Notes under the pieces: model-generated
What the model was told of the DNA's origin: nothing
Seen by the model: only the letters and a program-made list of their open reading frames with translations
Databases searched by the model: none
IMG/VR virus record: IMGVR_UViG_3300035676_000001
DNA: 64,000 bases
Reading direction: 5' to 3' (one strand)
Origin: a virus
Lineage: Duplodnaviria; Caudoviricetes
In this document: positions 35,770 to 45,661 of the stretch, one piece after another
How the letters are laid out: the number at the start of each line of letters is the position of its first letter
Position numbering within the stretch: position 1 is the first letter of the stretch
Made by a program: the position numbers and the translations under genes

Positions 35770-37113
35770 TTATCCTTTCCTTTCTTCTGTATTAATTCCA
35801 AAAGTATCTCTTACAAGTTTCATCGAGGTATATGAATTTTGTGCGTCAAAATGATGACATAACTCCTTAATCATATATAGACCACTTGTTTCGGAGTCAT
35901 ATTCCTTCGCATCTGATTTTGATATTTTTGGAAACTTACATTCAATAACATCACCTGCTCTCAAATTAGTATTCGAAGGAACCATAACACTCAGAGTTTG
36001 TGTAAAAAGAATATTATATCTCATTAATGATTGTGATTGATATAATTTCGGATCAGAATTAAGTTCTCTTGAAGCATCCTTTTCCATTGTTCCAATATCA
36101 AGAACTGCAGTAATAATTCTTGTAGGAACATCTCCTAAAGTTAAATCTGAACCTTCAGATACTTTTGGTAATTTAAGGTCGCTTCCAAGATTCTTTGCCT
36201 TCCCAGAATAATCCTTAAGTTTAAATAATCCTTCCTCATACTTTGAAAATGAGAAGTTTAAAGGATTAAAGAACATACGATGGCTTGCATATGTTCCCAG
36301 TTTAAGTTTCTCGATTAAGTTTTGATTCTTATCAGTGATGTAGTTTAAAATCTTAAAATTATTATTGACTTTGTTATCTTCATTATCATAACCAACTCTT
36401 GCCTGACTATACTCATAAGATGCCTTTGCTTGTTGTAGAATCAGATTATCGATTCCTCTAAATTGAAATCCATCTTGAGTTTGATAAAAGACAAATCCTG
36501 CAGTTCCATCACCAGAAGTTACAGGTACTCCTTTAGATGCTAACCAAATTAAAACAGTGAATGGTTTTTTCATATTACCAATAAATCCATACTTATTTGA
36601 AGTTTGGTCTATCGTTCCAATTTTATTTGCCTTTAAATTTTCTTTTAGAATTTTAGCAACAGATTGATCAATTGAAAGTCCAGTAGGAAATTTCCCCATC
36701 ACTCTAGTTGTTTCGTTTGTAATTGCTTCTCTCGAAACTAGATTTAATGTAAAACTTTCTTTGTTTGTTTCGGAGATTACATCCGTGATACTCGAAACAT
36801 AAAGATAATCATTTGGATTTTTGGAGAAATCAAGTCCAGGATTCGTTGAAGAGTTTCCTGCAATTTTCATAGAAACTCTCTCACCACCTCTTAAAGGTAA
36901 TCCATTATAAATTGATTGCCTTTCTCCATCAGGATTATTTGCAGAAGCAATAGTATTTCCAGTATTAACTACTCTTATCTTTGCAGTAATTGTAGGAGAA
37001 AAAATGTCCTCATAGTAATCTACAATGATAGATCCAGCAGCAATATCTACTCTTCTAGTTTGATCATTAGACTCGATAATGAGCTCTTCAAATACGGATC
37101 TTTTAATAGACAT
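35770..37113 (-). CDS. Baseplate hub-like tail protein
   Basis: YYEDIFSPTITA, FYQTQDGFQF, VPSNTNLRAGDVI, GLYMIKELCH. Confidence 0.7.
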   Translation of the reverse strand: MSIKRSVFEELIIESNDQTRRVDIAAGSIIVDYYEDIFSPTITAKIRVVNTGNTIASANNPDGERQSIYNGLPLRGGERVSMKIAGNSSTNPGLDFSKNPNDYLYVSSITDVISETNKESFTLNLVSREAITNETTRVMGKFPTGLSIDQSVAKILKENLKANKIGTIDQTSNKYGFIGNMKKPFTVLIWLASKGVPVTSGDGTAGFVFYQTQDGFQFRGIDNLILQQAKASYEYSQARVGYDNEDNKVNNNFKILNYITDKNQNLIEKLKLGTYASHRMFFNPLNFSFSKYEEGLFKLKDYSGKAKNLGSDLKLPKVSEGSDLTLGDVPTRIITAVLDIGTMEKDASRELNSDPKLYQSQSLMRYNILFTQTLSVMVPSNTNLRAGDVIECKFPKISKSDAKEYDSETSGLYMIKELCHHFDAQNSYTSMKLVRDTFGINTEERKG

Positions 37114-39026
37114 TATAGGTAATTTAAATCGAGAAGAAGTTTGTTTTTAATAAAGGTATTTACCAAATCAAATTCATTAACAGAAATGTAATCTCCAGAA
37201 TCACTTCCAGACTGTAGTATTTGTGGAAGTGTTGATTGTCTATCATCAATTACAACAATCTTTCTACCAGTTCTTTCTGTAGTGAGAAGAGCAATAAGTT
37301 CATCATTATAACTTTGCATCTCAATCTCTGCTGGTGTTGGAGTTTGTTTTACACTTCCTGGTGCCTCTGGTTTTAATGATGCTACTGGTGCTGCTGATAT
37401 AATTTGTCCAGAGGTTGTTCTTAATGATTTTCCAATCGCAAGTAATCCAAGATATGGCTCTGGATTAATATGACGACCACCTTTTCTTACTTCATAATGC
37501 AAGTGTTCTCCACGAGATCTACCAGTATTTCCAATTTCACCAATAGTTTCTCCGTTATATTGAGAACCATTTTTTACCATTATTTTTGCTAAATGGGCAA
37601 AATAAAACTCAAGATTTCCAGATTGAATAATAACTAAATTTCCATATCCACCACCATCCCATCCAGCGAAGGTGACTTTTCCATTTTGTCTAAATGCTAC
37701 ATAGTATCCTTTTTGATGACTAGTTCCAATATCAATTCCTTTGTGTGCTCCTCCCCTTGCTAGATATTCACTACTTCTTCCAACGGTTGGATTTGTATTT
37801 CCAACAACATCTACTTCACCAACTACTGAAGTTACTAATTTTCCAGGAACTTGAGGAGTAGATTTTGCTATTGGTGGTATTGTCTTAGTTCCAAAATCTG
37901 GAACTGATGCAGTTTGATCACCTTTATAGTTTTCATACCATCCGAAATAATTATCTCCAGATTTTCTTTGTATTCCTCCAGAAACTTCATATCCCCTAAA
38001 ATCAGTTCTTCCACCAACAAATTCTGCTGCTTTTTTTTGTAGTGATGGATTTGCTATGTTCTTAGCAACATTTTGAATTGTAGAAACACTAAATCCGGTT
38101 GCTTTAGCTGCTGACTGAGCATCAGTAATTTGATACCATTCTTTATTTGGGGTTTGTTGCGCTTTCTTTTTTGGATATTCCCAAGTTGGAGCATATTGAC
38201 CACCCCTTAATATAAGTTCCCTAACACTTTTACTACCATAAGCGCCCGATACTGCCCTATTATAAATTGATTGGGCAACATCTGCCTGTCCCTGAGGATC
38301 ATTACTATCTTCTCTAGAAACAACAGCAACTAGTGTCCAAAAATCAGAATCTCCTCCGCTAACTGAAGGTTGTGAAGGTTGCCTGTAAGCATCAGGTTCT
38401 TCAGTAATAGTTCCAATCTTTGGAATATTTTTAAATGGTTCAGTAAGAACAGCAAATGCATCACTAATACCTACACCTAATCCATCAATATTTGTAATTA
38501 AATCTTGAAAAGAAGATCTAACAAGAAAAGAACTATCAGTAAAATCAAGATTTGCTAGATTAATAAATGCTGATTGAAGAATTTCGCCCAAACTACTTAT
38601 TACCTTCATCGTTTCATCACCATATTCACTCAAAATAGATGTTGCCTTTATGATTCTTCCAGTAAATTGCTCACCTAACGCAATCCAAGTTGGTAGATTT
38701 CCTAGTATCCAACCAGCAGAAAGATATCCAATAAAACCAAATAATCTATCTTTTAGACTAGTTCCACTAGAAGATTGTGCTAATGATCTTGCACCACCCA
38801 CTTTGGTTATAACTGTTGGAGCAGAAACTTGATCTTGAAGTGCTTTTCTTTTTCCAATTTGTATTCTTCTTTCCTTGAATAATCTTATGCTTGATCCAAT
38901 ATTTTTTCTATCGGTTATCTTTTTAGATAAAATATTAGAAATACCAGCAATATTCTTTTTAGACGATGCCGTTTGTTGTTTGGTATCTGATATAGTTCTA
39001 AAAATACTACTAGAAATAACTGCCAT
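37113..39026 (-). CDS. Virion lysin: cell-wall-hydrolase-like domain plus M23 peptidase
   Basis: REDS..QGQADVAQSIYNR; HKGIDI, GYGN, AHL, GNTGRSRGEHLHYEV. Confidence 0.8.
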   Translation of the reverse strand: MAVISSSIFRTISDTKQQTASSKKNIAGISNILSKKITDRKNIGSSIRLFKERRIQIGKRKALQDQVSAPTVITKVGGARSLAQSSSGTSLKDRLFGFIGYLSAGWILGNLPTWIALGEQFTGRIIKATSILSEYGDETMKVISSLGEILQSAFINLANLDFTDSSFLVRSSFQDLITNIDGLGVGISDAFAVLTEPFKNIPKIGTITEEPDAYRQPSQPSVSGGDSDFWTLVAVVSREDSNDPQGQADVAQSIYNRAVSGAYGSKSVRELILRGGQYAPTWEYPKKKAQQTPNKEWYQITDAQSAAKATGFSVSTIQNVAKNIANPSLQKKAAEFVGGRTDFRGYEVSGGIQRKSGDNYFGWYENYKGDQTASVPDFGTKTIPPIAKSTPQVPGKLVTSVVGEVDVVGNTNPTVGRSSEYLARGGAHKGIDIGTSHQKGYYVAFRQNGKVTFAGWDGGGYGNLVIIQSGNLEFYFAHLAKIMVKNGSQYNGETIGEIGNTGRSRGEHLHYEVRKGGRHINPEPYLGLLAIGKSLRTTSGQIISAAPVASLKPEAPGSVKQTPTPAEIEMQSYNDELIALLTTERTGRKIVVIDDRQSTLPQILQSGSDSGDYISVNEFDLVNTFIKNKLLLDLNYL

Positions 39027-39027
39027 C

Positions 39028-40305
39028 TTACATCACCACATTATAGTTAAGTTGTGAATATAATGTGTAGAAATTATCAGGATTTGATGAGGAAATCAAA
39101 GGAACATCAGTAATGGGTCCAGATTGTTGATCCTGTGCTGCTCCTTGTTGCTGGTTTCCAGTTGTTGTATAAATGATATCTGGTTTTGGTTCTGGTGATG
39201 GACCAACATTTGGAGTTTGTGTTTGTGATGGTTGAATCTGTGCTGGTGGTTTATATGTGACCACTGGAATTGATTTTGGTCCTGGTGTATCTTTACCACT
39301 TTCTGTCGATATTTCAGGAGAACCTGGTTGAGGACCTGGAGGACCACTAAATCCAAGCATATCTTTGAATTGATCTACCTTATCAGAAGCAAATGCTTGT
39401 AAAGAAGAAAAATTAATATTTTTTCCCAATTCAAACTTTGGTATCATTGGATTTTGTGCTGCTGGAGCACCTGCTTTTTGATTTTGATTTTTTCCAAAAA
39501 TATTTCCACCAAACATTTCTGCAATTGCGTCTGCAGCATATGCTGTACCAGTAATTAATCTTGTTTGTGGAATAAGTAATGAAGTGAATGCTAATGCAGC
39601 ATCAAAATTCTGACCAGTTGCTACATCTACTGTTCCACCAAGTGCAGTAACTCCTTTACCCAACAATGATAATATATCAAATCCACCTGCTGCCGCTGCT
39701 GCACCTGCTCCAGCAGCCCCAGCACCTGGTTTCACCTTCAAGAAGTTTTTAAATAAATCAGAAACTGCTTTTAGAGGTGATTTTGCTAAATCCTTTGCAA
39801 TATCAAAAACTTTAGATGTAACTCCACGAATAGAATTAACAACTCTAGTAAATCCTCCCCTCATAAGAGAGAAAGAAGAAGTAATAAATCCTAAAGATGA
39901 TTTAAAGATACCACGAATATCAGTTAATTTTCGTAGATTTGCTGTTGCACCTTTTGTAAGTGCAGATATTCCTAAAAGACCAAATCCAGTTCCAAATAAT
40001 TTTTTAAGAGCTCCAGTTGCCCCATCAAAAGTAGAAGTTAGTTTTGGTTCTATTTTTTTGATGGGTTCAACAAGTGCTGCAGAAACAGTTTGTTGTAATT
40101 GCTCCTCTTGACCAACTCTTACTTCTCTTTCTACTAATTTCTTTTCTTGATCCTGCTCTAAACGAAGTCTTTGAGATTCTAGAGCACTGTCGGTTTGTAT
40201 TAACGATGCAATACCCTGCAATCCAGAGTTTACACCAGAAACTTCTGAACGAATATTATCAAGTTGTCCTTGAATTGAAACTAGTGGTGAGCTATAACTA
40301 GCCAT
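39028..40305 (-). CDS. Baseplate hub/tape-measure-like protein
   Basis: Coiled coil, Ala/Gly-rich; ends SSNPDNFY. Confidence 0.6.
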   Translation of the reverse strand: MASYSSPLVSIQGQLDNIRSEVSGVNSGLQGIASLIQTDSALESQRLRLEQDQEKKLVEREVRVGQEEQLQQTVSAALVEPIKKIEPKLTSTFDGATGALKKLFGTGFGLLGISALTKGATANLRKLTDIRGIFKSSLGFITSSFSLMRGGFTRVVNSIRGVTSKVFDIAKDLAKSPLKAVSDLFKNFLKVKPGAGAAGAGAAAAAGGFDILSLLGKGVTALGGTVDVATGQNFDAALAFTSLLIPQTRLITGTAYAADAIAEMFGGNIFGKNQNQKAGAPAAQNPMIPKFELGKNINFSSLQAFASDKVDQFKDMLGFSGPPGPQPGSPEISTESGKDTPGPKSIPVVTYKPPAQIQPSQTQTPNVGPSPEPKPDIIYTTTGNQQQGAAQDQQSGPITDVPLISSSNPDNFYTLYSQLNYNVVM

Positions 40306-40471
40306 TAGATGCGTTCTTCAGGTTTTCCTCTTCAATATACTGTTGGAGGAGACCAACATAAACTTCTCTCTCCCACGGTATCATATTCTCTAAATCACTC
40401 AAAGAATATTTATGATGCTGAAGCAGCGCAAAATTAGTTTTATAATATGACGCAAGATCTTCGTGCGCCAT
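40298..40471 (-). CDS. gp51: Baseplate hub assembly catalyst gp51-like
   Basis: Manual translation MAHEDLASYYKTNFALLQHHKYSLSDLENMIPWEREVY. Confidence 0.85.
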   Translation of the reverse strand: MAHEDLASYYKTNFALLQHHKYSLSDLENMIPWEREVYVGLLQQYIEEENLKNASNG

Positions 40472-40473
40472 CG

Positions 40474-41193
40474 CTAGGCGAAAAAAGATGTTAAGCCCTC
40501 AAGAACAACCTCACTTTCTACTCCAGTATTTGGATTTTTGATGTTAATTGTATGAGAAAGTTTAGGCATAGTCTCAAAGAATCTTTCAATTTCTTTGAAT
40601 TGACTTGATGTAAGTTGCTCAAGAAATTCATTCAACTCTTTTTTAGTTACATCAGATGCTGCCCAAGATTCTTCTTCACTATAGATTTGTTCAACACAAG
40701 AAGTAATCATACCAAAAGTGTCTTCAACTGTTACTTCAGATTCATTTGAAAAATTACTCTTAATAAATTCTTCCATCGAAGGATACTTCATTCTCAAGGT
40801 TAAACTATCATCAAGTTTAATATCACGAGAATGGTCTGATTTTACCTGAACTTTAATCTCATCTAGATTAATACTTACCGGAACTTGTGTTGTTCCATCA
40901 TCTGGGCAAGTAATAAGAACATCAACTTCTTCTCCAACAGATTTACCTCTGATATTCAGAAAAAGATATTCAATATCAAAAGTTGAAAGTTGTTCAATCT
41001 TAATACCTCTGGTAATAACACAATTTCCAATTACCGTTTTTACTGCTTCGGCAATCTGCTTCGGATCCTCACTCTCCATTGCGATGATAAGAATTTTTTC
41101 TTCTTTAACTAGAAAAGGACGATATTTGACTGACTTTTTTAATGAAGGAATTTCCAACTCATATGTTGGCGTAGCAATCTTTGGTAAAGGCAT
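40474..41193 (-). CDS. gp26: Baseplate hub subunit gp26
   Basis: MPLPKIATPTYEL, YRPFLVKEEK, FLNIRGKSVGE. Confidence 0.9.
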   Translation of the reverse strand: MPLPKIATPTYELEIPSLKKSVKYRPFLVKEEKILIIAMESEDPKQIAEAVKTVIGNCVITRGIKIEQLSTFDIEYLFLNIRGKSVGEEVDVLITCPDDGTTQVPVSINLDEIKVQVKSDHSRDIKLDDSLTLRMKYPSMEEFIKSNFSNESEVTVEDTFGMITSCVEQIYSEEESWAASDVTKKELNEFLEQLTSSQFKEIERFFETMPKLSHTINIKNPNTGVESEVVLEGLTSFFA

Positions 41194-41233
41194 AATGACC
41201 TATAGAACTTCAGTAAAATTATTTAGTGGGTTA

Positions 41234-42004
41234 TCAGAATGTTGTTGGATACGATGTAGGTCTGGGAGTTACACCTTGATCAACTCCAGCACCAGGAGAT
41301 TGATAATATATTGGTTGATTTGGAGTAGTTTGTTTTGGTTCATTCGATTCATTATTATTATCATCTCCTTTATATTGATTAACACTTAATGCTTTACCAG
41401 CAATATAACGGTCATACTGAAATGAAGCAGATACTTTTAAAACATCTGAAGAAACATAAGAAATTTGAGGAGGACTTATATAAATTGGCCAAAGACCCTT
41501 AAAGGTGTATTCAACTTCTGCTTTATAATTCCTATCAAATTTAATAATTCTAGTAAAATTACATTTATAATATTCAGGATACTGCATTCTTATAAAATAA
41601 CTATCTTCATTCTGACTAACTGCTGGAGAAACACCATCAATAGTATTATGAGAACCGCTAGCAATAAATTCTATCCAGGATTCTAAAAATTTAAGAGTTT
41701 TATATTGACTATCAATATAAAATTCCAGTGTTATCTCATTATAACTTCTACTATAGGCAAACTTTTCTTGAATTCCCGTATAGTTCCCATCAACCATTTT
41801 TACATTTAATGTGGAAGTGGGAAGAGAAGCAGAATAACATAACAATCCAGCATCACCTACAACAAATCTAGATGTAACTCCTCTTTTACGAAGATAATCT
41901 TTTAATTCGTTTGGTAGCCCACCAAATTGAACTTCATAGTGCGAAGATTGGGCAAGATTTGTTAATAGTGGTCTTATGTCAGATATTCTGCGTTTAATAG
42001 CCAC
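41234..42004 (-). CDS. Tail tube initiator (gp54/gp19-like)
   Basis: LAQSSHYEV, RSYNEITLEFYID, YTFKGLWP. Confidence 0.7.
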   Translation of the reverse strand: MAIKRRISDIRPLLTNLAQSSHYEVQFGGLPNELKDYLRKRGVTSRFVVGDAGLLCYSASLPTSTLNVKMVDGNYTGIQEKFAYSRSYNEITLEFYIDSQYKTLKFLESWIEFIASGSHNTIDGVSPAVSQNEDSYFIRMQYPEYYKCNFTRIIKFDRNYKAEVEYTFKGLWPIYISPPQISYVSSDVLKVSASFQYDRYIAGKALSVNQYKGDDNNNESNEPKQTTPNQPIYYQSPGAGVDQGVTPRPTSYPTTF

Positions 42005-42044
42005 TCTAAATACCTTATACGAGTCTTATATTATAAGTATTTAG

Positions 42045-42482
42045 ATGTCCTATAAAGGAAAATATCAACCATCATATCCAGAAAAGTATAATGGAGATCC
42101 CACAAATATCATTTATAGGTCTCTGTGGGAAAGAAAGTTTTGTGTTTATTGTGACTTAAATGAAAAAATTATATCTTGGGAATCTGAAGAAAAATGCATT
42201 CCATATCGCTCCCCTGTTGATGGTAAGATTCATAGATATTTCCCAGACTTTCTCATAAAAGTCAAAGAATCTGATGGTTCGATTAAAAAATATATGATCG
42301 AAATCAAACCTAAAAAGCAAACTGTTCCACCACCAAAACCTCAAAGGCAGACAAAGAATTATATTCGTGAGGTTTATGAGTATGCTAAAAATCAATCAAA
42401 GTGGGAAGCAGCTAAAGAATGGTGTGCTGATAGAGGATATGAGTTCAAGGTAATTACAGAAAACGAACTAGGTATTAAGTAA
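42045..42482 (+). CDS. gp4: Head completion nuclease gp4
   Basis: YKGKY.P..PEKY.GDPTNIIYRSLWE, RYFPDF, EIKP. Confidence 0.92.
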   Translation: MSYKGKYQPSYPEKYNGDPTNIIYRSLWERKFCVYCDLNEKIISWESEEKCIPYRSPVDGKIHRYFPDFLIKVKESDGSIKKYMIEIKPKKQTVPPPKPQRQTKNYIREVYEYAKNQSKWEAAKEWCADRGYEFKVITENELGIK

Positions 42483-42862
42483 TGCCGAGAAAGACAGTCC
42501 AACAACAAAAAACAACAAAAAATCGTATCAGTCCTCTAGTAAAAAAACTTATTGGAACAGAAAGTTCTGACGACTTAATGCGTGAGTTAACCAATATTTT
42601 ACCGAAAACTAACGAACCTCCAAAAGTTGGTAAGTTTTATATCTTTTCTTATAATGCTAAAACTTCAGGTATAAGATACGATCAAAATCCTCTAGTTGCC
42701 GTGACTGAGGTATTTAAATGGGGATTTAAGGGTATTAACTTTCACTGGGGAGAATCCAGACAATACACTTGGGATGAAATTGCTGGAGGAATATATGAGG
42801 TTTATGATACGGAGCTTGAAGATTTAAGAAGACTGCCTTTTAGCAACATTAGAACTAAATAA
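42482..42862 (+). CDS. DNA end protector gp2-like
   Basis: GKFYIFSYNAKT...YDQNPLV...GINFHW. Confidence 0.65.
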   Translation: MPRKTVQQQKTTKNRISPLVKKLIGTESSDDLMRELTNILPKTNEPPKVGKFYIFSYNAKTSGIRYDQNPLVAVTEVFKWGFKGINFHWGESRQYTWDEIAGGIYEVYDTELEDLRRLPFSNIRTK

Positions 42863-42875
42863 TTAGAAAACATAA

Positions 42876-43775
42876 ATGGCTGAGCCACTACGATATCCAT
42901 TAAAGAAACTTGATAAATCTGATGATTACTTGAAAATTGATATTTTAGAGTATCAAGCACCTGGTCTTGGATTTTCTCCAGGTTCTTTGGGTTTAGCAAC
43001 TTCTGATGATGTAGATTATGGTAAAAAAATTCCCATAAAAACAATCATTCTTCCTATTCCAGATGGAATAGGGGATAGTAATGGTGCTCAGTGGGGTGAT
43101 AGTACTATAGGTCCAATTGCTGCAGCGGCAATTGGAACTGGTGGAAGCCTTTTTGATTCCAAATCTCTCCAAAATGCGGGGAGCAACATCAAAGGCATAT
43201 TTGAAAAAGTATTAAAATCAGCAACATCTGGATCCGTTCAACAAAAAGTACAAGCAGGAGCAATAGGATTAGCAGCGAATGCTCTTTTCGGAGGAAATGC
43301 AAATATAAAACCAGGAGATCTTTCATCTAGACTTGGTGGAATTGTAGCAAACTCAAATATCGAACTTATATTTCAAGGATTAACTTTTAGGCAGGGTTTT
43401 AGTTTTGGATTTGATATGGTTCCACGCTCAAAAAAAGAATCGGAAGAAATTAAAGAAATCATTAGACAATTAAAAATTAATAGTGCTGTTAAAAAAGGAT
43501 CTGCCTTTGAAGGTGCTGCTGGATTATTTTTAAGCGCACCAAATGTCTTTAGACTTCAATATATGAGCGGTGCAAAACCACATCCATTCTTAAATAAGTT
43601 TAAAATTTGTGCTCTCAAGAATATGACTGTTAATTATACTGGTTCTGGAACTTATGCGACTTATGCGGATGCTACTCCAGTCCATATGATTATGACTTTA
43701 ACTTTCCAAGAACTTACACCAATCTTTGCAGAAGATTATGATAAGGGTCCAGGAGCAACAGGAGTTGGATACTAA
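42876..43775 (+). CDS. gp48: Baseplate tail tube cap gp48
   Basis: LRYP, FDMVPRS.KE, FLSAPNVF.L.Y, KICAL..M.VNY. Confidence 0.85.
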   Translation: MAEPLRYPLKKLDKSDDYLKIDILEYQAPGLGFSPGSLGLATSDDVDYGKKIPIKTIILPIPDGIGDSNGAQWGDSTIGPIAAAAIGTGGSLFDSKSLQNAGSNIKGIFEKVLKSATSGSVQQKVQAGAIGLAANALFGGNANIKPGDLSSRLGGIVANSNIELIFQGLTFRQGFSFGFDMVPRSKKESEEIKEIIRQLKINSAVKKGSAFEGAAGLFLSAPNVFRLQYMSGAKPHPFLNKFKICALKNMTVNYTGSGTYATYADATPVHMIMTLTFQELTPIFAEDYDKGPGATGVGY

Positions 43776-44422
43776 TGTCTTACTTTAGAGAATTACCAAA
43801 TCTAGAATACCAATCATTCTTATCAGATCGCAAAGCATCTGATGAATATTTAACTGTTAAGAATCTATTTCGCCGTGTAAAACTTCGTGACGATTTGCAA
43901 AATGTCTTCACAATCTTTGATAAGTATCAGATTATAGATGGTGCTCGTCCAGAAACAGTAGCAGAAGAACTTTATGGAAGCACTCAATATGATTGGGTAG
44001 TTCTTGTAAGTTCAGGTATTACAAGAGTTAGGGACCAATGGCCACTTTCTGATAAAGAGGTCTATGATTATGCAGAGTCAATCTATGGGACAGATTTAAA
44101 TGCTGTTCATCATTATGAAACTACTGAAGTTAAAGATAGTAAGGGTAGATTAATTCTTCCTGCAGGTAAAGTTGTTGATTCAACTTTTACCATTCCAAAT
44201 CCAAGCAATCCACTAGCAACATTAAATCCAGTAACTGGTGTAAGCAACTATGAATATGAAGTTGCTAAGAATAATGAAAAGCGTGGAATCTATGTTCTTA
44301 AGCCAAGATATCTACAGCAAGTAGTTACAGATACAAGAAAGGCGATGACTTATGATAAATCATCGCAATATGTAGATAATAAATTAATCAGAACTGAAAA
44401 TACTAGAGCATCAAACCCATAA
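43775..44422 (+). CDS. gp53: Baseplate wedge gp53
   Basis: YF.ELPN, KNLFRR, RPE.VA..LYG...YDWVVL. Confidence 0.9.
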   Translation: MSYFRELPNLEYQSFLSDRKASDEYLTVKNLFRRVKLRDDLQNVFTIFDKYQIIDGARPETVAEELYGSTQYDWVVLVSSGITRVRDQWPLSDKEVYDYAESIYGTDLNAVHHYETTEVKDSKGRLILPAGKVVDSTFTIPNPSNPLATLNPVTGVSNYEYEVAKNNEKRGIYVLKPRYLQQVVTDTRKAMTYDKSSQYVDNKLIRTENTRASNP

Positions 44423-45001
44423 GAGTTCTAGATTCTTATCAAACATCATCACATATCGGTGCTTGCGGGAGCGTTCTTTCCATTCTCCTTCAGCACCTTT
44501 TACTTTTCCACGAGAGTGTTTAGTTCCGTCTGAATAATAGAAATCTTTTTTAGGGTCTGTGAGACCTGCATACTTAAAGTTGCAAGCACGATAAATTGTA
44601 CCAGAATGGTAATCTGAATCAGCATAAGAAATGATTGCTTTAACTTCAGTATCTTTCCGAAGTTGTCTAATCGCTCGTGACACAAACCAAGAAGTGATGT
44701 TATATTCGCATGACTGCGTACTAGGTTCGATGCAAAGTCTTGAGAGTTCGAAGAGTCCTTGTTGTTCATTTCGTTCTAGTCCAAATGCTCCTTTTGCAAT
44801 TTCTGGTACTGGTAAATTTGTAAAAACGCAGGCACCTAATGATCCGCCAATATTCATTATATCTGTAAAAGATTTTTTATACAAAGAATAATTATATCCG
44901 CTTTTGAAATCTTTTGATATATCTTTAAGATAATGATGATTATATAATATTTCTTTTATTTCTGATTTTGGAACTTTTTGAATATAATAATCACTTTTCA
45001 T
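44411..45001 (-). CDS. Mom-like GNAT-fold putative DNA-modifying protein
   Basis: HHYL, FELSRLC, IISYAD...H.GTIYRACNF.Y.G; likely start MKSDYY at 45001. Confidence 0.75.
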   Translation of the reverse strand: MKSDYYIQKVPKSEIKEILYNHHYLKDISKDFKSGYNYSLYKKSFTDIMNIGGSLGACVFTNLPVPEIAKGAFGLERNEQQGLFELSRLCIEPSTQSCEYNITSWFVSRAIRQLRKDTEVKAIISYADSDYHSGTIYRACNFKYAGLTDPKKDFYYSDGTKHSRGKVKGAEGEWKERSRKHRYVMMFDKNLELLWV

Positions 45002-45005
45002 AATA

Positions 45006-45569
45006 TTAAAGTTTCTTTTTAAGTTTATTTCCAATTTTTTTCTTAGTTTCTTCGCTATGGTTCTTTCCATAAAAATGATTATTTTTCCCTGTTATGTCTC
45101 TACCACACTCATTCCAATATTTCTGTGCGGATTCTCTCATTTTTCTTTTAGTTTCTTCGCTATGAGGTCTTCCTTTTCTATTTTTAGATGCTTCTCTCAT
45201 TTTTTCTAATGTTTCTGGAGAATGTTTTTTTCCATAAAATGGATTTTCTTCTCCAGATTTAGATATTCTTTTTTTAGTTTCTTCAGTGTGAGAATAACCT
45301 GATATTCCATCCCCACCATTAGTCATATTGCGAAGAATACCTGTCCCCAAATCCTTTCTTCCAAAAACAGAAATCATATAAATTTCGTGTTTTATTGCTT
45401 GCTCTTCGGTTAGGTTTTGTTTGAGAAAAATTATTCTAGATTTATCTTTTGGTTTTAAATCTATTTTATTTTGTCTCATATGATTTTTAAATACTCTACC
45501 ATCTTTCCCCTTACCAATATAGTAAGGAGTGCCGTCTTCACGCAAATATGCGTAAGTATAATATTCCAT
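45006..45569 (-). CDS. GIY-YIG homing endonuclease with NUMOD3 repeats
   Basis: YYTYAYLREDGTPYYIGKG; repeated HSEETKRK. Confidence 0.9.
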   Translation of the reverse strand: MEYYTYAYLREDGTPYYIGKGKDGRVFKNHMRQNKIDLKPKDKSRIIFLKQNLTEEQAIKHEIYMISVFGRKDLGTGILRNMTNGGDGISGYSHTEETKKRISKSGEENPFYGKKHSPETLEKMREASKNRKGRPHSEETKRKMRESAQKYWNECGRDITGKNNHFYGKNHSEETKKKIGNKLKKKL

Positions 45570-45571
45570 CT

Positions 45572-45652
45572 GCTTTATTCGTGGTTATGTTTATTTATAT
45601 AAAAAAAGGAGCATTTCTGCTCCCATTCTTTGCTTAAACAACCACGAATAAG
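45572..45652 (-). promoter_or_regulatory. Long hairpin enclosing a terminator and a late promoter, sequestering the endonuclease start region
   Basis: Arms 45634-45652 and 45572-45593; TATAAATA 45592-45599; terminator 45601-45623. Confidence 0.75.
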
Positions 45653-45661
45653 CATTATTAT

